A stretch of DNA of 64,000 nucleotides, taken from Chlamydiota bacterium. GTDB lineage: Bacteria > Chlamydiota > Chlamydiia > Chlamydiales > RGXB01. The first letter of the stretch is position 1. Each line of letters begins with the position of its first letter. This document shows, in pieces, positions 29,942 through 38,422 of this stretch. Location of the stretch: assembly GCA_947494155.1 (NCBI GenBank), contig CANLTW010000005.1, positions 1-64,000 on the forward strand, given 5' to 3'. Below the pieces are notes generated by a model, which was not told the origin of the DNA, ran no database searches, and worked only from the letters and a program-made list of their open reading frames with translations. The position numbers and the translations under genes were made by a program.

Positions 29942-30626
29942 AGTTTTTTTTCTCAAAATTCAAGTCGGGTCGAACCCGAAGTGTCTTAGCCTTCCCCTCT
30001 TTAGCTCGCCACTCAGAGATCTTTTTGTGATCCCCTTGGGTTAGAACTTCGGGCACTTTGACCCCACGAAATGCGTAAGGTCTGGTAAATGAGGGATAAT
30101 CAAATCCCCCGTCGTTTGTGTGAAACGAATCTTCAAACGCTGAGAGCTCGTCGCCAAGAACACCGGGTATAAATCGTATCAGGGCATCCATGACAATCAG
30201 TGCTGCGGGGCAACCGGAGGTGAGTACAACATCGCCGATGCTGATCTCTTCAGTGACATTGAGGTCAATGACTCTCTGGTCAATCCCCTCATAGTGCCCA
30301 CACAACAAAACTACATGCTCTTTTTTTGCCAGCTCTTCGGCCTTTTTAGCGTCAAAGAGCTTTCCTTGAGGCGTCAAGTAGACAATGTGAGCGTTCTCAG
30401 TTCGTACGAAATCTATAGCTTTTTGAACCGGCTCAGGCATCATTACCATTCCCGGCCCACCTCCGTAGGGGCGATCGTCGACTTTACGATGTTTATTATC
30501 GGCAAAATCTCGAATATCTACCCTTTGGATGTCCACTATCCCTTTTTCCTGGGCTCTTTTCAAAATACTTGTATTGATAGGAGTCGTAAAGAAATCGGGA
30601 AATAGGGATAAAATGCTAATCTTCAC
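29925..30626 (-). CDS. trmD: tRNA (guanine-N1)-methyltransferase
   Basis: VDDRPYGGGPGMV, CGHYEGIDQR, SIGDVVLTSG. Confidence 0.96.
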   Translation of the reverse strand: MKISILSLFPDFFTTPINTSILKRAQEKGIVDIQRVDIRDFADNKHRKVDDRPYGGGPGMVMMPEPVQKAIDFVRTENAHIVYLTPQGKLFDAKKAEELAKKEHVVLLCGHYEGIDQRVIDLNVTEEISIGDVVLTSGCPAALIVMDALIRFIPGVLGDELSAFEDSFHTNDGGFDYPSFTRPYAFRGVKVPEVLTQGDHKKISEWRAKEGKAKTLRVRPDLNFEKKNYEPTH

Positions 30627-30921
30627 GTTTCTTTTTTAACTGCTTTTCTCTTCTATTACGGATCAAATCCAAAATTTCAGGGAAGCGGGTTCTAAATAGA
30701 TCATGTACACTATCAGTGAGTTCGGCGCCTACGCTTACCCAGTATTGCACTCGTTCTTTATCAAAATGCGCTTTTAAAGAATCTTCTACCTGGTGAGGGT
30801 CATAGCTGCCTAAATTTTCGATCAAACGCCCGTCTCTAGGAAAGCGGGTGTCCGCAGCAATCAAGCGAAACTTGGAGCAATTTCTGCGACCGGTTCGCGA
30901 CAAACGGATTTTCACTGCCAT
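30616..30921 (-). CDS. rpsP: 30S ribosomal protein S16
   Basis: MAVKIRL.R.G, RDGRLIENLGSYDP, W.SVGA. Confidence 0.96.
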   Translation of the reverse strand: MAVKIRLSRTGRRNCSKFRLIAADTRFPRDGRLIENLGSYDPHQVEDSLKAHFDKERVQYWVSVGAELTDSVHDLFRTRFPEILDLIRNRREKQLKKKRED

Positions 30922-31254
30922 AATTGGTTTATAGTCTCCTTAAAATGTTTGACATTCTACAGTAAAACGGAAATAACGAAAAGAGAAAATCGGTGAAAAA
31001 AGGGTCCCAAACCGGTTAAGAGATCAAATTTTATTTTTAATTCCAGAATATTTTTTTTAAACAGCGTTGTTCATCTTAAATCCACATCAAAAAAGGGGGA
31101 TTAGGTATGCGCTATTTCGATCCGATGGCAAGGAATTTTAGGGGGGCGACTTGGGGCCTAAATGAGGTTTTACAAGCCAAATTTTTTGAAATTTTAAAGA
31201 TTTTTTTCGATTTTTCGTGAATAAATGGATGCTTTGCTATCAGGCAAAAAAAGC

Positions 31255-32376
31255 TTAGTGAACACGAGCGACTCGTGTAGCGCGAGCCCCGATTTTGGAC
31301 AAAATTTCGTAGGAAATCGTCCCTGCCGCTCTGGCCCAATCGTCAGCAGTAGCGCTCTTATCACCCCCGAATAACACAGCTCGATCTCCCGCTTGCACCG
31401 TCGTTTCTGCACCCAAGTCCACCGTAATCTGATCCATCGATACCCGCCCTATCAGGGGAAATTTTTCCCCTTTAATAGTGCACCAGATTTGCATAGGGCC
31501 GTCCAGCCTTCGGGGGATGCCATCGGCATACCCTAGCGCAATCAATCCAATATATCGATCCTCAAAAAGTCGCACTGTTGCGCCATAACCGATCGAGGCA
31601 CCGGCAGAAACTTTTTTCACCAAGACAACGACAGCACTTAATTCCATCACCGGCAGCACGTTCGGACAGCCTTTAAATCCAGTTGAAGGGGCATAACCAT
31701 AAAGAAGTATCCCGGACCGTACCATATCATAATACAAGTGCGGAAAATGGATTACCCCTCCCGAGTTGGCTATATGCCGAATTCCAGGAGAAATTCCTTT
31801 TGCCTTGAGATATTCCAAAGCGGCTTGAAATCGCTCCCCTTGCTGCTGATTCAACGGGTGTTCTGGTTCATCGGAGCACGCCAGATGCGACCAGGTTCCT
31901 ACAAGTTCTATACGCTTTTGATCAATGAGTTTTCCGATTGCACCCACCAAAGCAGGGAATTCTTCCAGAGCTCCCCCCCTCGTCATCCCTGTATCCACCT
32001 CTAAATGAATTCTTGGTTTACAACCTATGACATCTCCTTGGGAAACAATCGCTTGAAGTTGGTCTAAAGAGGAGACCGAAAGATCAATTCCCCAATCTAA
32101 TGCCTGCCGAAAATCTTCACTTGGGGGTGACAGCCAGGCTAAAATGGGTGCAGTAATCCCCCCTTGACGTAGCTTGATTGCCTCATCCAAAAAAGCGGTG
32201 CCTATCCAGGTAGCTCCGCCAAAAATCGCAGCATGCGCAGACGGTACGATTCCATGACCATAAGCATCAGCTTTTACCACTGCCATCAAAGGGGTCTCGG
32301 TAAAACGAATGATAGATCTAGCGTTTGCTGCTATTTGGCCATAGTCTATTGTCGCAATGATATTTGATTTAGCCAT
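31255..32376 (-). CDS. alr: Alanine racemase
   Basis: AVVKADAYGHG PLP-lysine motif, HLEVDTGMTRGG, HIANS, GYADG, GRVSMDQ, GTISYE. Confidence 0.95.
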   Translation of the reverse strand: MAKSNIIATIDYGQIAANARSIIRFTETPLMAVVKADAYGHGIVPSAHAAIFGGATWIGTAFLDEAIKLRQGGITAPILAWLSPPSEDFRQALDWGIDLSVSSLDQLQAIVSQGDVIGCKPRIHLEVDTGMTRGGALEEFPALVGAIGKLIDQKRIELVGTWSHLACSDEPEHPLNQQQGERFQAALEYLKAKGISPGIRHIANSGGVIHFPHLYYDMVRSGILLYGYAPSTGFKGCPNVLPVMELSAVVVLVKKVSAGASIGYGATVRLFEDRYIGLIALGYADGIPRRLDGPMQIWCTIKGEKFPLIGRVSMDQITVDLGAETTVQAGDRAVLFGGDKSATADDWARAAGTISYEILSKIGARATRVARVH

Positions 32377-32394
32377 GTGCCCTCTTCCCCACTA

Positions 32395-32465
32395 TCAAAA
32401 AAGAGGTGGCTTGTTCAAAAAGATCTAAAAAAGATTTCACCAGCTCCACTTCTAAAAGCCACCCA
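32395..32465 (-). promoter_or_regulatory. Long imperfect hairpin with T-tract in the ffh-alr spacer
   Basis: GGTGGCTT (32405-32412) and AAGCCACC (32456-32463) form an inverted repeat; on the minus strand it is followed by TCTTTTTT about 20 nt before the alr ATG. Confidence 0.45.
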
Positions 32466-32551
32466 TTCTAACTCTTTAAATTCTTCTTCAATACCCTTGA
32501 TGTCTGTGTAAGGTATTTAAAGAAAAAAGGGAATCATGGAGAAAAAATAGA

Positions 32552-33883
32552 TTAGAAAAGGCCTCCAAACCCACCAAAGGATTTAAATTTCTTTTTTAAC
32601 TGAGGGATGTTTTTGGAAAAGAGTTTAGCTTGCTTGAACCCTTTAACCAACCGATTAACATCGTCGATCATCGTCCCCGACCCTTTTGCGATTCTTTGCC
32701 GGCGCCCATGGTCTATTTCGGTGTCGCCCTGCCTTTCATGGACAGTCATGGATAAAATAATCGCTTTGGCTTTTTTGGAATCTTTTTCAAAATCGATATC
32801 GTCCGGAAGTTCGGGCATACCCGGGATCATCTTTAAAAGCCCTTTCATGGGACCTAGTTTACTGAGCTTGGTGAGCTGTTCAAGAAAATCTTGGTAGGTA
32901 AAAGAGCCTTGCAGTAGTTTTTTTTCCATGTCGGGTTGCTCATCGCCGTCGAAAGTGTTTTGCACCTTTTTGACGAGATTAATCACATCCCCCATACCTA
33001 GGATACGGTCAGCCATTGAGGCTGGATTGAAAAGCTGGATATCTTGAATCCCCTCTCCGATCCCCTCAAATTTTAGAGGACACTTTGTCACCTCAAGAAT
33101 TGAAATCGCGGCCCCTGCTCTTGCAGTTCCATCAAGCATAGTCAATATTGAACCTGTAATCTCTACAGCCTTGTTGAACTCATCTGCAGTTTTTACCGCA
33201 TCCTGACCGGTTGCTGCTGAAGCTACAAAAAGAACCTCATCAGGATTTGTCCTCTTTTTAATTTGGCAGATCTGGTCCATCAATGCCTGATCAACATGCA
33301 GTCGGCCGGCAGTATCAATCAAAACAAGATCATGTTCATTTTTTTTGGCGTACTCAAGCCCTTTTTCGACAACGTGCAAAGGATCTTTTTCCTCAAGATT
33401 TGCATAGACAGCAACGTTTGCTCTGCCTGCCAATATTTTAAGCTGTTCTATCGCAGCGGGTCTTTGTAGATCCGCAGCAATAATCAAAGGACTTTTGTTG
33501 TATTTTTTTCCCTTTAGAAGGTTAGCTAACTTGACCGCTTGCGTTGTTTTTCCTACCCCTTGAAGCCCTACAAGCATCCAGACAGAGGGGCTCCCTTTCA
33601 TCCTAATGGAGGGCTCGGTAGAACCCATCAACTCGACAAGCTCATCGTGGACGATTTTGACAAACAAATCTTTGGGCTGAAGGTGGTGCGAGGCTATGGA
33701 ACCTAAAGCCTTCTCTTTTACCTTTTTTACAAACGCGCTTACGATGGGGTAGCTCACGTCGGCATCAAGAAGCGCCATGCGCACATTGCGCACCGCTTCA
33801 GAGACATTCTCCTCTGTAAGCTTTGTAACACCAGTTAAAGAAGAAAAAATATTGCGGAACTTATCCGATAAACCTTGAAACAT
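32552..33883 (-). CDS. ffh: Signal recognition particle protein
   Basis: GLQGVGKTT, DTAGRL, DGTARAGAA, RILGMGD, M domain. Confidence 0.97.
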   Translation of the reverse strand: MFQGLSDKFRNIFSSLTGVTKLTEENVSEAVRNVRMALLDADVSYPIVSAFVKKVKEKALGSIASHHLQPKDLFVKIVHDELVELMGSTEPSIRMKGSPSVWMLVGLQGVGKTTQAVKLANLLKGKKYNKSPLIIAADLQRPAAIEQLKILAGRANVAVYANLEEKDPLHVVEKGLEYAKKNEHDLVLIDTAGRLHVDQALMDQICQIKKRTNPDEVLFVASAATGQDAVKTADEFNKAVEITGSILTMLDGTARAGAAISILEVTKCPLKFEGIGEGIQDIQLFNPASMADRILGMGDVINLVKKVQNTFDGDEQPDMEKKLLQGSFTYQDFLEQLTKLSKLGPMKGLLKMIPGMPELPDDIDFEKDSKKAKAIILSMTVHERQGDTEIDHGRRQRIAKGSGTMIDDVNRLVKGFKQAKLFSKNIPQLKKKFKSFGGFGGLF

Positions 33884-33886
33884 GCT

Positions 33887-34534
33887 TTAAGATTCTATGA
33901 GAGGTTCCGACTGAAAAACAAGCGAAAAAAATCGATCGTGCCCACTATAGTCTTTCTCGACTTTGAGTTGGTGATAAAATGGGGCAGAAAAAATCTCTAA
34001 AAGTTTGGACCCTTGGCGAAATCCTATTTCAAAATAGACAAAAGCCCCCTGTTTCAACACCCTAGGCAAATCTGTCGCCAGGCGCCGATAAAAATCGAGC
34101 CCATCCTCGCCGCCAAAAAGGGCGATTTTTGGCTCTTTTAAGGCCTCCTCATCCATGAAATCCACCTCATCTAGTGCAACATAGGGTGGATTGCAAACTA
34201 AAAGATCTACCTTGATGTCTTTATGGATTAAAGGCTCCAGAAGATCCCCTTGAAAAACAGGAGCTTGAACAGCATTAAGCGCTAGGTTTTTTTTCAATAT
34301 TTCTAATGCGTCATGGGAGATGTCGGAAAAATAGGGTTGAGATGTTTTGAAAACAAGACTTAGAGGAATACCTATTGTGCCACATCCACAACAGATGTCA
34401 GCAAACGATTGCGGAGGATTTTTTTTGTGATGGAGAGCTATTTTTTCGACCAACAGCTCTGTCTCTAATCGTGGAATTAAACATTTTTGGGGATCAACAA
34501 GAAGGCGACTGTGATAAAACTCAATCTCTTTCAT
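33887..34534 (-). CDS. prmC: Release factor glutamine methyltransferase (N-terminally short)
   Basis: LIPRLETE, DICCGCG, NPPY, EIGFRQ; lies between prfA and ffh. Confidence 0.9.
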   Translation of the reverse strand: MKEIEFYHSRLLVDPQKCLIPRLETELLVEKIALHHKKNPPQSFADICCGCGTIGIPLSLVFKTSQPYFSDISHDALEILKKNLALNAVQAPVFQGDLLEPLIHKDIKVDLLVCNPPYVALDEVDFMDEEALKEPKIALFGGEDGLDFYRRLATDLPRVLKQGAFVYFEIGFRQGSKLLEIFSAPFYHQLKVEKDYSGHDRFFSLVFQSEPLIES

Positions 34535-34607
34535 AGAAATTTAAAAAAACCTGTTTTTAAGATAATTCGGTTACAGAGTCGATAAAAAAAAGGGGTTGGA
34601 GGCGTTA

Positions 34608-35684
34608 CTATAAAGCTTCGCTCAAAGCGCGCGTGGCTTCATCGGAAAGTAGAGCATCCGTCACCTCATTAAGATAGCCATCCATCACTCTATCGAGATT
34701 GTAAGAGGTAAAATTGACACGATGATCGGTGAGCCTGTTTTGAGGAAAATTGTATGTGCGTATGCGCTCTGAACGCTCTGCAGAACCCACTTGATCAAGC
34801 CTTAATTTAGCCCTTTCGCTCTCTCTCTCCTGGCGCTGTTTATCCAACATGCGCGCCTTTAAAAGAGTCATCGCTTTCGCTCGGTTTTTAATTTGCGAAC
34901 GCTCCTCCTGGCAATAGACCACCATTCCCGACGGAACGTGTGTTATGCGCACAGCAGAATCGGTGGTATTTACGTGCTGACCACCGGCTCCCGAAGAACG
35001 GTAAGTATCGATTTGCAGGTCTTTTTCATTGAGATCGATCTCCTCCTCCTCGTCGGGCTCGGGCATGATCGCCACAGTAATGGTGGAGGTATGGATGCGC
35101 CCTTGCGCTTCGGTCTTTGGGACTCTTTGGACACGATGGGTGCCCGCCTCGAATTTCATAAATTTGAAAACGTTTTCCCCTTTTACAGAAAAAATGGCCT
35201 CTTTAAGACCACCCATATCAGCCTCAGAAAGGGACATGGTTTGAAAGCTCCAGCCTTTTGTATCAGCGTACATCCGATACATGCGCACGCAATCGGCCAC
35301 AAAAAGGGCCGCCTCTTCACCACCGGTACCGGCGCGAAGCTCTAAAATCACATTACGATGGTCATCCGGGTCGGGTGGAACCAAAAGCTGAACGAGCTCT
35401 TTTTCTAAAACAGGGATAGAGATCTCCAAACGGCTGATCTCGTCTTTGAGCATCTCCTTCATCTCGGGATCGTTTTCGATTTCAAGGAGCTCTTTGCTCT
35501 CTTGAATTCCTTTTTGAGATGAGATAAGGGTGTCTTGGGTCTGCTTGAGCTGCGACAGTCTCGCATGTTCGGAGGAGAGTTTTTTGAACTCTTTCACGTT
35601 TCTTGCCACCTGCTCAGTGGAAAGAAGCGCTTCTACTTCTTCTAAGCGATCTAGACGCTGACGTATTTTTTCTTGCAGACCCAT
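34608..35684 (-). CDS. prfA: Peptide chain release factor 1
   Basis: PKT anticodon-mimic motif (RVPKTE), GAGGQHVN, RTYNFPQNR. Confidence 0.97.
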   Translation of the reverse strand: MGLQEKIRQRLDRLEEVEALLSTEQVARNVKEFKKLSSEHARLSQLKQTQDTLISSQKGIQESKELLEIENDPEMKEMLKDEISRLEISIPVLEKELVQLLVPPDPDDHRNVILELRAGTGGEEAALFVADCVRMYRMYADTKGWSFQTMSLSEADMGGLKEAIFSVKGENVFKFMKFEAGTHRVQRVPKTEAQGRIHTSTITVAIMPEPDEEEEIDLNEKDLQIDTYRSSGAGGQHVNTTDSAVRITHVPSGMVVYCQEERSQIKNRAKAMTLLKARMLDKQRQERESERAKLRLDQVGSAERSERIRTYNFPQNRLTDHRVNFTSYNLDRVMDGYLNEVTDALLSDEATRALSEAL

Positions 35685-35697
35685 AGGTTAAGGGAGT

Positions 35698-35949
35698 TTA
35701 TGCCCCTTTTTTGCCGTACTTTTTCAAGAACTGCGCAGCTCTACCGTATTGCGAGCCTTTTTGCCCTTTGTCCCCAAGATAAAAACTGTGGGAGTGGGAG
35801 CTAACAGCCAGCTTCACCATAGGATACTCTTTCCCCTCGTGGCTACCTGTCAAATTTGTTTTTCGTGTGGAATTAACCACAAACTTGTCCCCTGTCGTCT
35901 GGTCCTCAAATAGAACCGCACGGTATTCTGGGTGCTTACCTTCTTTCAT
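35698..35949 (-). CDS. rpmE: 50S ribosomal protein L31, Zn-free type B
   Basis: MK...HPEY, VSSHSHSFYLG, no Cys. Confidence 0.92.
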   Translation of the reverse strand: MKEGKHPEYRAVLFEDQTTGDKFVVNSTRKTNLTGSHEGKEYPMVKLAVSSHSHSFYLGDKGQKGSQYGRAAQFLKKYGKKGA

Positions 35950-36065
35950 GAGTGCCCTTTTTTGTTCTAAAAGGCTTTTATATTACTCAATCGATGTGGA
36001 TAAAAACAAGTATTTTCGGTAAACTAAAGGTCTTAAATCTTCCAGGGAACTTTTCATAAGGTAAT

Positions 36066-36779
36066 ATGCATAAGTACATCCAAAGAATTCTTATAGCTTC
36101 CGTGATCGTAAGCCTTTTGCCGACTCTGCTTCGCGCCTTCCAAATACACGCCCCTATTCTGGAGTGGTTGTCCCTATCCAGCTTTGGGATCAAAGAGTGG
36201 AAATTATTTCAAATATTTACTTATCCTCTCCTTTTTTCGTTCGATATCCGCATGGACGCCCTTGCCCTTTTGGCCCCCCTTTTTATGGTATTCGTGGCGC
36301 GACTGGCCAACTTTTTTCTGGAGGTTGAAGGCCCAAGAAATCTTTTAAAGTTCTACCTGGGATCTTGTTTAGCCCCCTTTTTAGTCCTATTTGGAATCTT
36401 TTTGGCTACAGGACAAAATTTTATTTACTTTGGACCCCAGCCCCTATTTTATGCCCTGATCAGCTATAGTCTATTTGTATTGCCCGATTTAGAGCTTTTG
36501 TTCTTTATCTTTCCCATCCGCGCACGCAACTTTATATGGCTGGGTCTTGCACTCTCGCTCTTCTTCTCCATTGAATCGGGACAATATACCACCCTGATCG
36601 CTACGGCAACCGGCGTTCTGTTCGGCTACCTCTACGGGTTGAAAACGCTCAAAAGGCACTCCCCCTTTACCGGCCTTAAGTTTCTCGAAAAAAGGCTCTT
36701 TCGCCTTTTCGAGTTTTTCAAAGCTCGCCAAAAATGTGTGATTGTCGATTTTAAAACGGGGCGCCAGATTCTAAAATAG
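36066..36779 (+). CDS. Rhomboid-like membrane protein (catalytic residues not evident)
   Basis: WKLFQIFTYPL, about 6 TMs, FPIRA, C-terminal IVDFKTG tail; no clear GxS...H dyad. Confidence 0.6.
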   Translation: MHKYIQRILIASVIVSLLPTLLRAFQIHAPILEWLSLSSFGIKEWKLFQIFTYPLLFSFDIRMDALALLAPLFMVFVARLANFFLEVEGPRNLLKFYLGSCLAPFLVLFGIFLATGQNFIYFGPQPLFYALISYSLFVLPDLELLFFIFPIRARNFIWLGLALSLFFSIESGQYTTLIATATGVLFGYLYGLKTLKRHSPFTGLKFLEKRLFRLFEFFKARQKCVIVDFKTGRQILK

Positions 36780-36811
36780 CGACCCACAGGATTATGTAAG
36801 GGACTGGTATC

Positions 36812-37022
36812 TACCTAGCGCCAGGTTTAAAAGATTGCCCTTAAAACGATTGTGGGATCACTATAGCAGCCATCTAGCGCCAGGTTTTTGTAGGATTGGC
36901 CTTGAAAGAATTGTGGGATCACTATAGCAGCCATCTAGCGCCAGGTTTTTGTAGGATTGGCCTTGAAAGAATTGTGGGATCACTATAGCAGCCACCTAGC
37001 GCCGTGTTTTAAAAGATTGCTC
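36812..37022. repeat. Intergenic tandem repeat, ~61-bp unit, ~3.5 copies
   Basis: CTAGCGCC anchors at 36815, 36874, 36935, 36996 (periods 59, 61, 61); core ATTGTGGGATCACTATAGCAGCCA(T/C)CTAGCGCC present three times. Confidence 0.95.
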
Positions 37023-37053
37023 TTTTAAGCCTTTTTACAAAAAAAGGTATGGC

Positions 37054-37293
37054 CTAACCTACGGGGGCCTCTTTAAGTAGGCTGCGCACTAAACTGAGCA
37101 TCCCTAACTGGCCGTGATACACCCCCTCTTCATAGAGAAATTCCTCATCTTTTGCCAGAGCAGGCCAGTCGAAGGGCTGGTTGAGCTCCTCTTCAGTAAA
37201 CGGTTGCACCTTTTTTTGGCCGATCAACAGCAGTTTTTCTTTTTGATAAGAGATGGCCTTTTCTATCTCAAAAATAAGCTCACTTGTCTGCAT
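37054..37293 (-). CDS. Conserved chlamydial hypothetical protein (resembles the small gene found downstream of tadA)
   Basis: QPFDWPAL...F.YEEGV motif; overlaps the upstream gene by 14 nt. Confidence 0.7.
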   Translation of the reverse strand: MQTSELIFEIEKAISYQKEKLLLIGQKKVQPFTEEELNQPFDWPALAKDEEFLYEEGVYHGQLGMLSLVRSLLKEAPVG

Positions 37294-37612
37294 AGTGCTC
37301 CCTTTCCAATTTGTGGACTAAAAACCTATCTAAAAAGCTTAGGTCCTGTAGATGTGTTTTTTTTAAAAAAATTACTTTATCCACTCGAGACAAAAGCAAT
37401 AAACCCATCTCTTTTAAGGTGGGTTCTAAGACGCAATAAAGGGTGACGCCGTTTAGACGAAAATTTTTAAGCTCTTTATTCATAAAACACACCGCTGAAA
37501 AAACCCCGTTTTTTCCCGAAAAAGAGCGAAATGTCTTCTCCTTAGTCAAAACCCAGACATGGTTCTCTTTTTCATGAAAATAGAGGGAAAAGAATTCCTC
37601 AATCGGGCTCAT
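37280..37612 (-). CDS. Degenerate (catalytically dead) TadA-like deaminase paralogue
   Basis: NFRLNGVTLYCVLEPTLKEMGLLLLSRVDKVIF aligns without gaps to TadA NYRL.DATLYVTLEPC.MC.GA...SRI..VVF; HAE and CxxC are absent; ATGA overlap with tadA. Confidence 0.7.
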   Translation of the reverse strand: MSPIEEFFSLYFHEKENHVWVLTKEKTFRSFSGKNGVFSAVCFMNKELKNFRLNGVTLYCVLEPTLKEMGLLLLSRVDKVIFLKKTHLQDLSFLDRFLVHKLEREHYADK

Positions 37613-38049
37613 TTATTACGCCTTTGCTTAAAAAAACTTTGAATAATCTCTTTACACTCCTCTTGTAAGACAAATCTGGTAACCTCAATAGAAAGTTCTT
37701 TTTGTAAATCCACCACACTCCCCAAACATCCCCATCTGGGTTCGAATGTGCCGTAAACAATTTTTTTAACCCCCCTTTCCACAAGAGCCATCAGGCACAT
37801 CAAGCAAGGCTCGTGCGTAACATACGCAACAGCATCTACCAAGATTTCCTTTTCTATATGAGATAGGGCAACCATCTCCGCATGGTAGGTTTGAGACCGG
37901 TTTTCTTCACAAGAATTACTTCCAATAGAGACGATCTCCCCCTGGTCAACGATCACCGCACCGATTGGAACCTCCCCTTTTTCAAAAGAATTCTTTGCAG
38001 CTTTTAGGGCTATTCTCATAAACCCCTCATCAATGGTTGCTTTATTCAC
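37609..38049 (-). CDS. tadA: tRNA adenosine(34) deaminase
   Basis: GEVPIGAVIV, N, HAE, EPCLMC, FFKQRR; divergent from rpsO as in chlamydiae. Confidence 0.88.
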   Translation of the reverse strand: MNKATIDEGFMRIALKAAKNSFEKGEVPIGAVIVDQGEIVSIGSNSCEENRSQTYHAEMVALSHIEKEILVDAVAYVTHEPCLMCLMALVERGVKKIVYGTFEPRWGCLGSVVDLQKELSIEVTRFVLQEECKEIIQSFFKQRRNK

Positions 38050-38098
38050 TTTGATATGTTAAAATCCTTGAGATTAGTCTTGACGGAGATGATTATAC

Positions 38099-38368
38099 AT
38101 GTCGCTAGATAAAGGCACAAAGCAAGAAGTCACAAAGAAGTTCCAATTGCATGAAAAAGACACCGGATCGGCCGATGTTCAGATTGCGATCTTGACTGAA
38201 AAAATTGCTGAGCTCAACGAACACCTCAAAATCTATACTAAAGATCACGCAACACGTTTAGCACTGATCAAAATGGTAGGACAACGCAGAAAACTTCTCG
38301 ACTACCTTAATACTACAGATACAGCGCGTTACACAAGCTTGATCACACGTCTCAAATTGAGAAAGTAG
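38099..38368 (+). CDS. rpsO: 30S ribosomal protein S15
   Basis: [33 protein letters not shown]. Confidence 0.97.
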   Translation: MSLDKGTKQEVTKKFQLHEKDTGSADVQIAILTEKIAELNEHLKIYTKDHATRLALIKMVGQRRKLLDYLNTTDTARYTSLITRLKLRK

Positions 38369-38377
38369 TTCCTTTTT

Positions 38378-38414
38378 TCGCTCTTTTTTTCTATATGTCA
38401 GAAAAAAAGAGCGA
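38378..38414 (+). promoter_or_regulatory. Perfect 15-bp hairpin between rpsO and copN
   Basis: TCGCTCTTTTTTTCT-atatgtc-AGAAAAAAAGAGCGA; no T-tract follows; ends 8 nt before the copN start. Confidence 0.6.
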
Positions 38415-38422
38415 GAAAGCAT

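Noticed and set aside
31112..31412. Short ORFs overlapping the alr 3' end, and the other 60-170 aa antisense or nested ORFs in the track
   Set aside because: They overlap well-supported genes and show no motifs; treated as shadow ORFs
35995..36003. Perfect DnaA box (TGTGGATAA) in the rpmE divergent spacer
   Set aside because: Single 9-mer that also occurs inside metG; no cluster indicating an origin
36812..37022. CRISPR or TIGR-like array interpretation of the 61-bp repeat
   Set aside because: The variable segments are homologous or identical to each other rather than unique spacers, and no cas or Nop-domain gene is in the window
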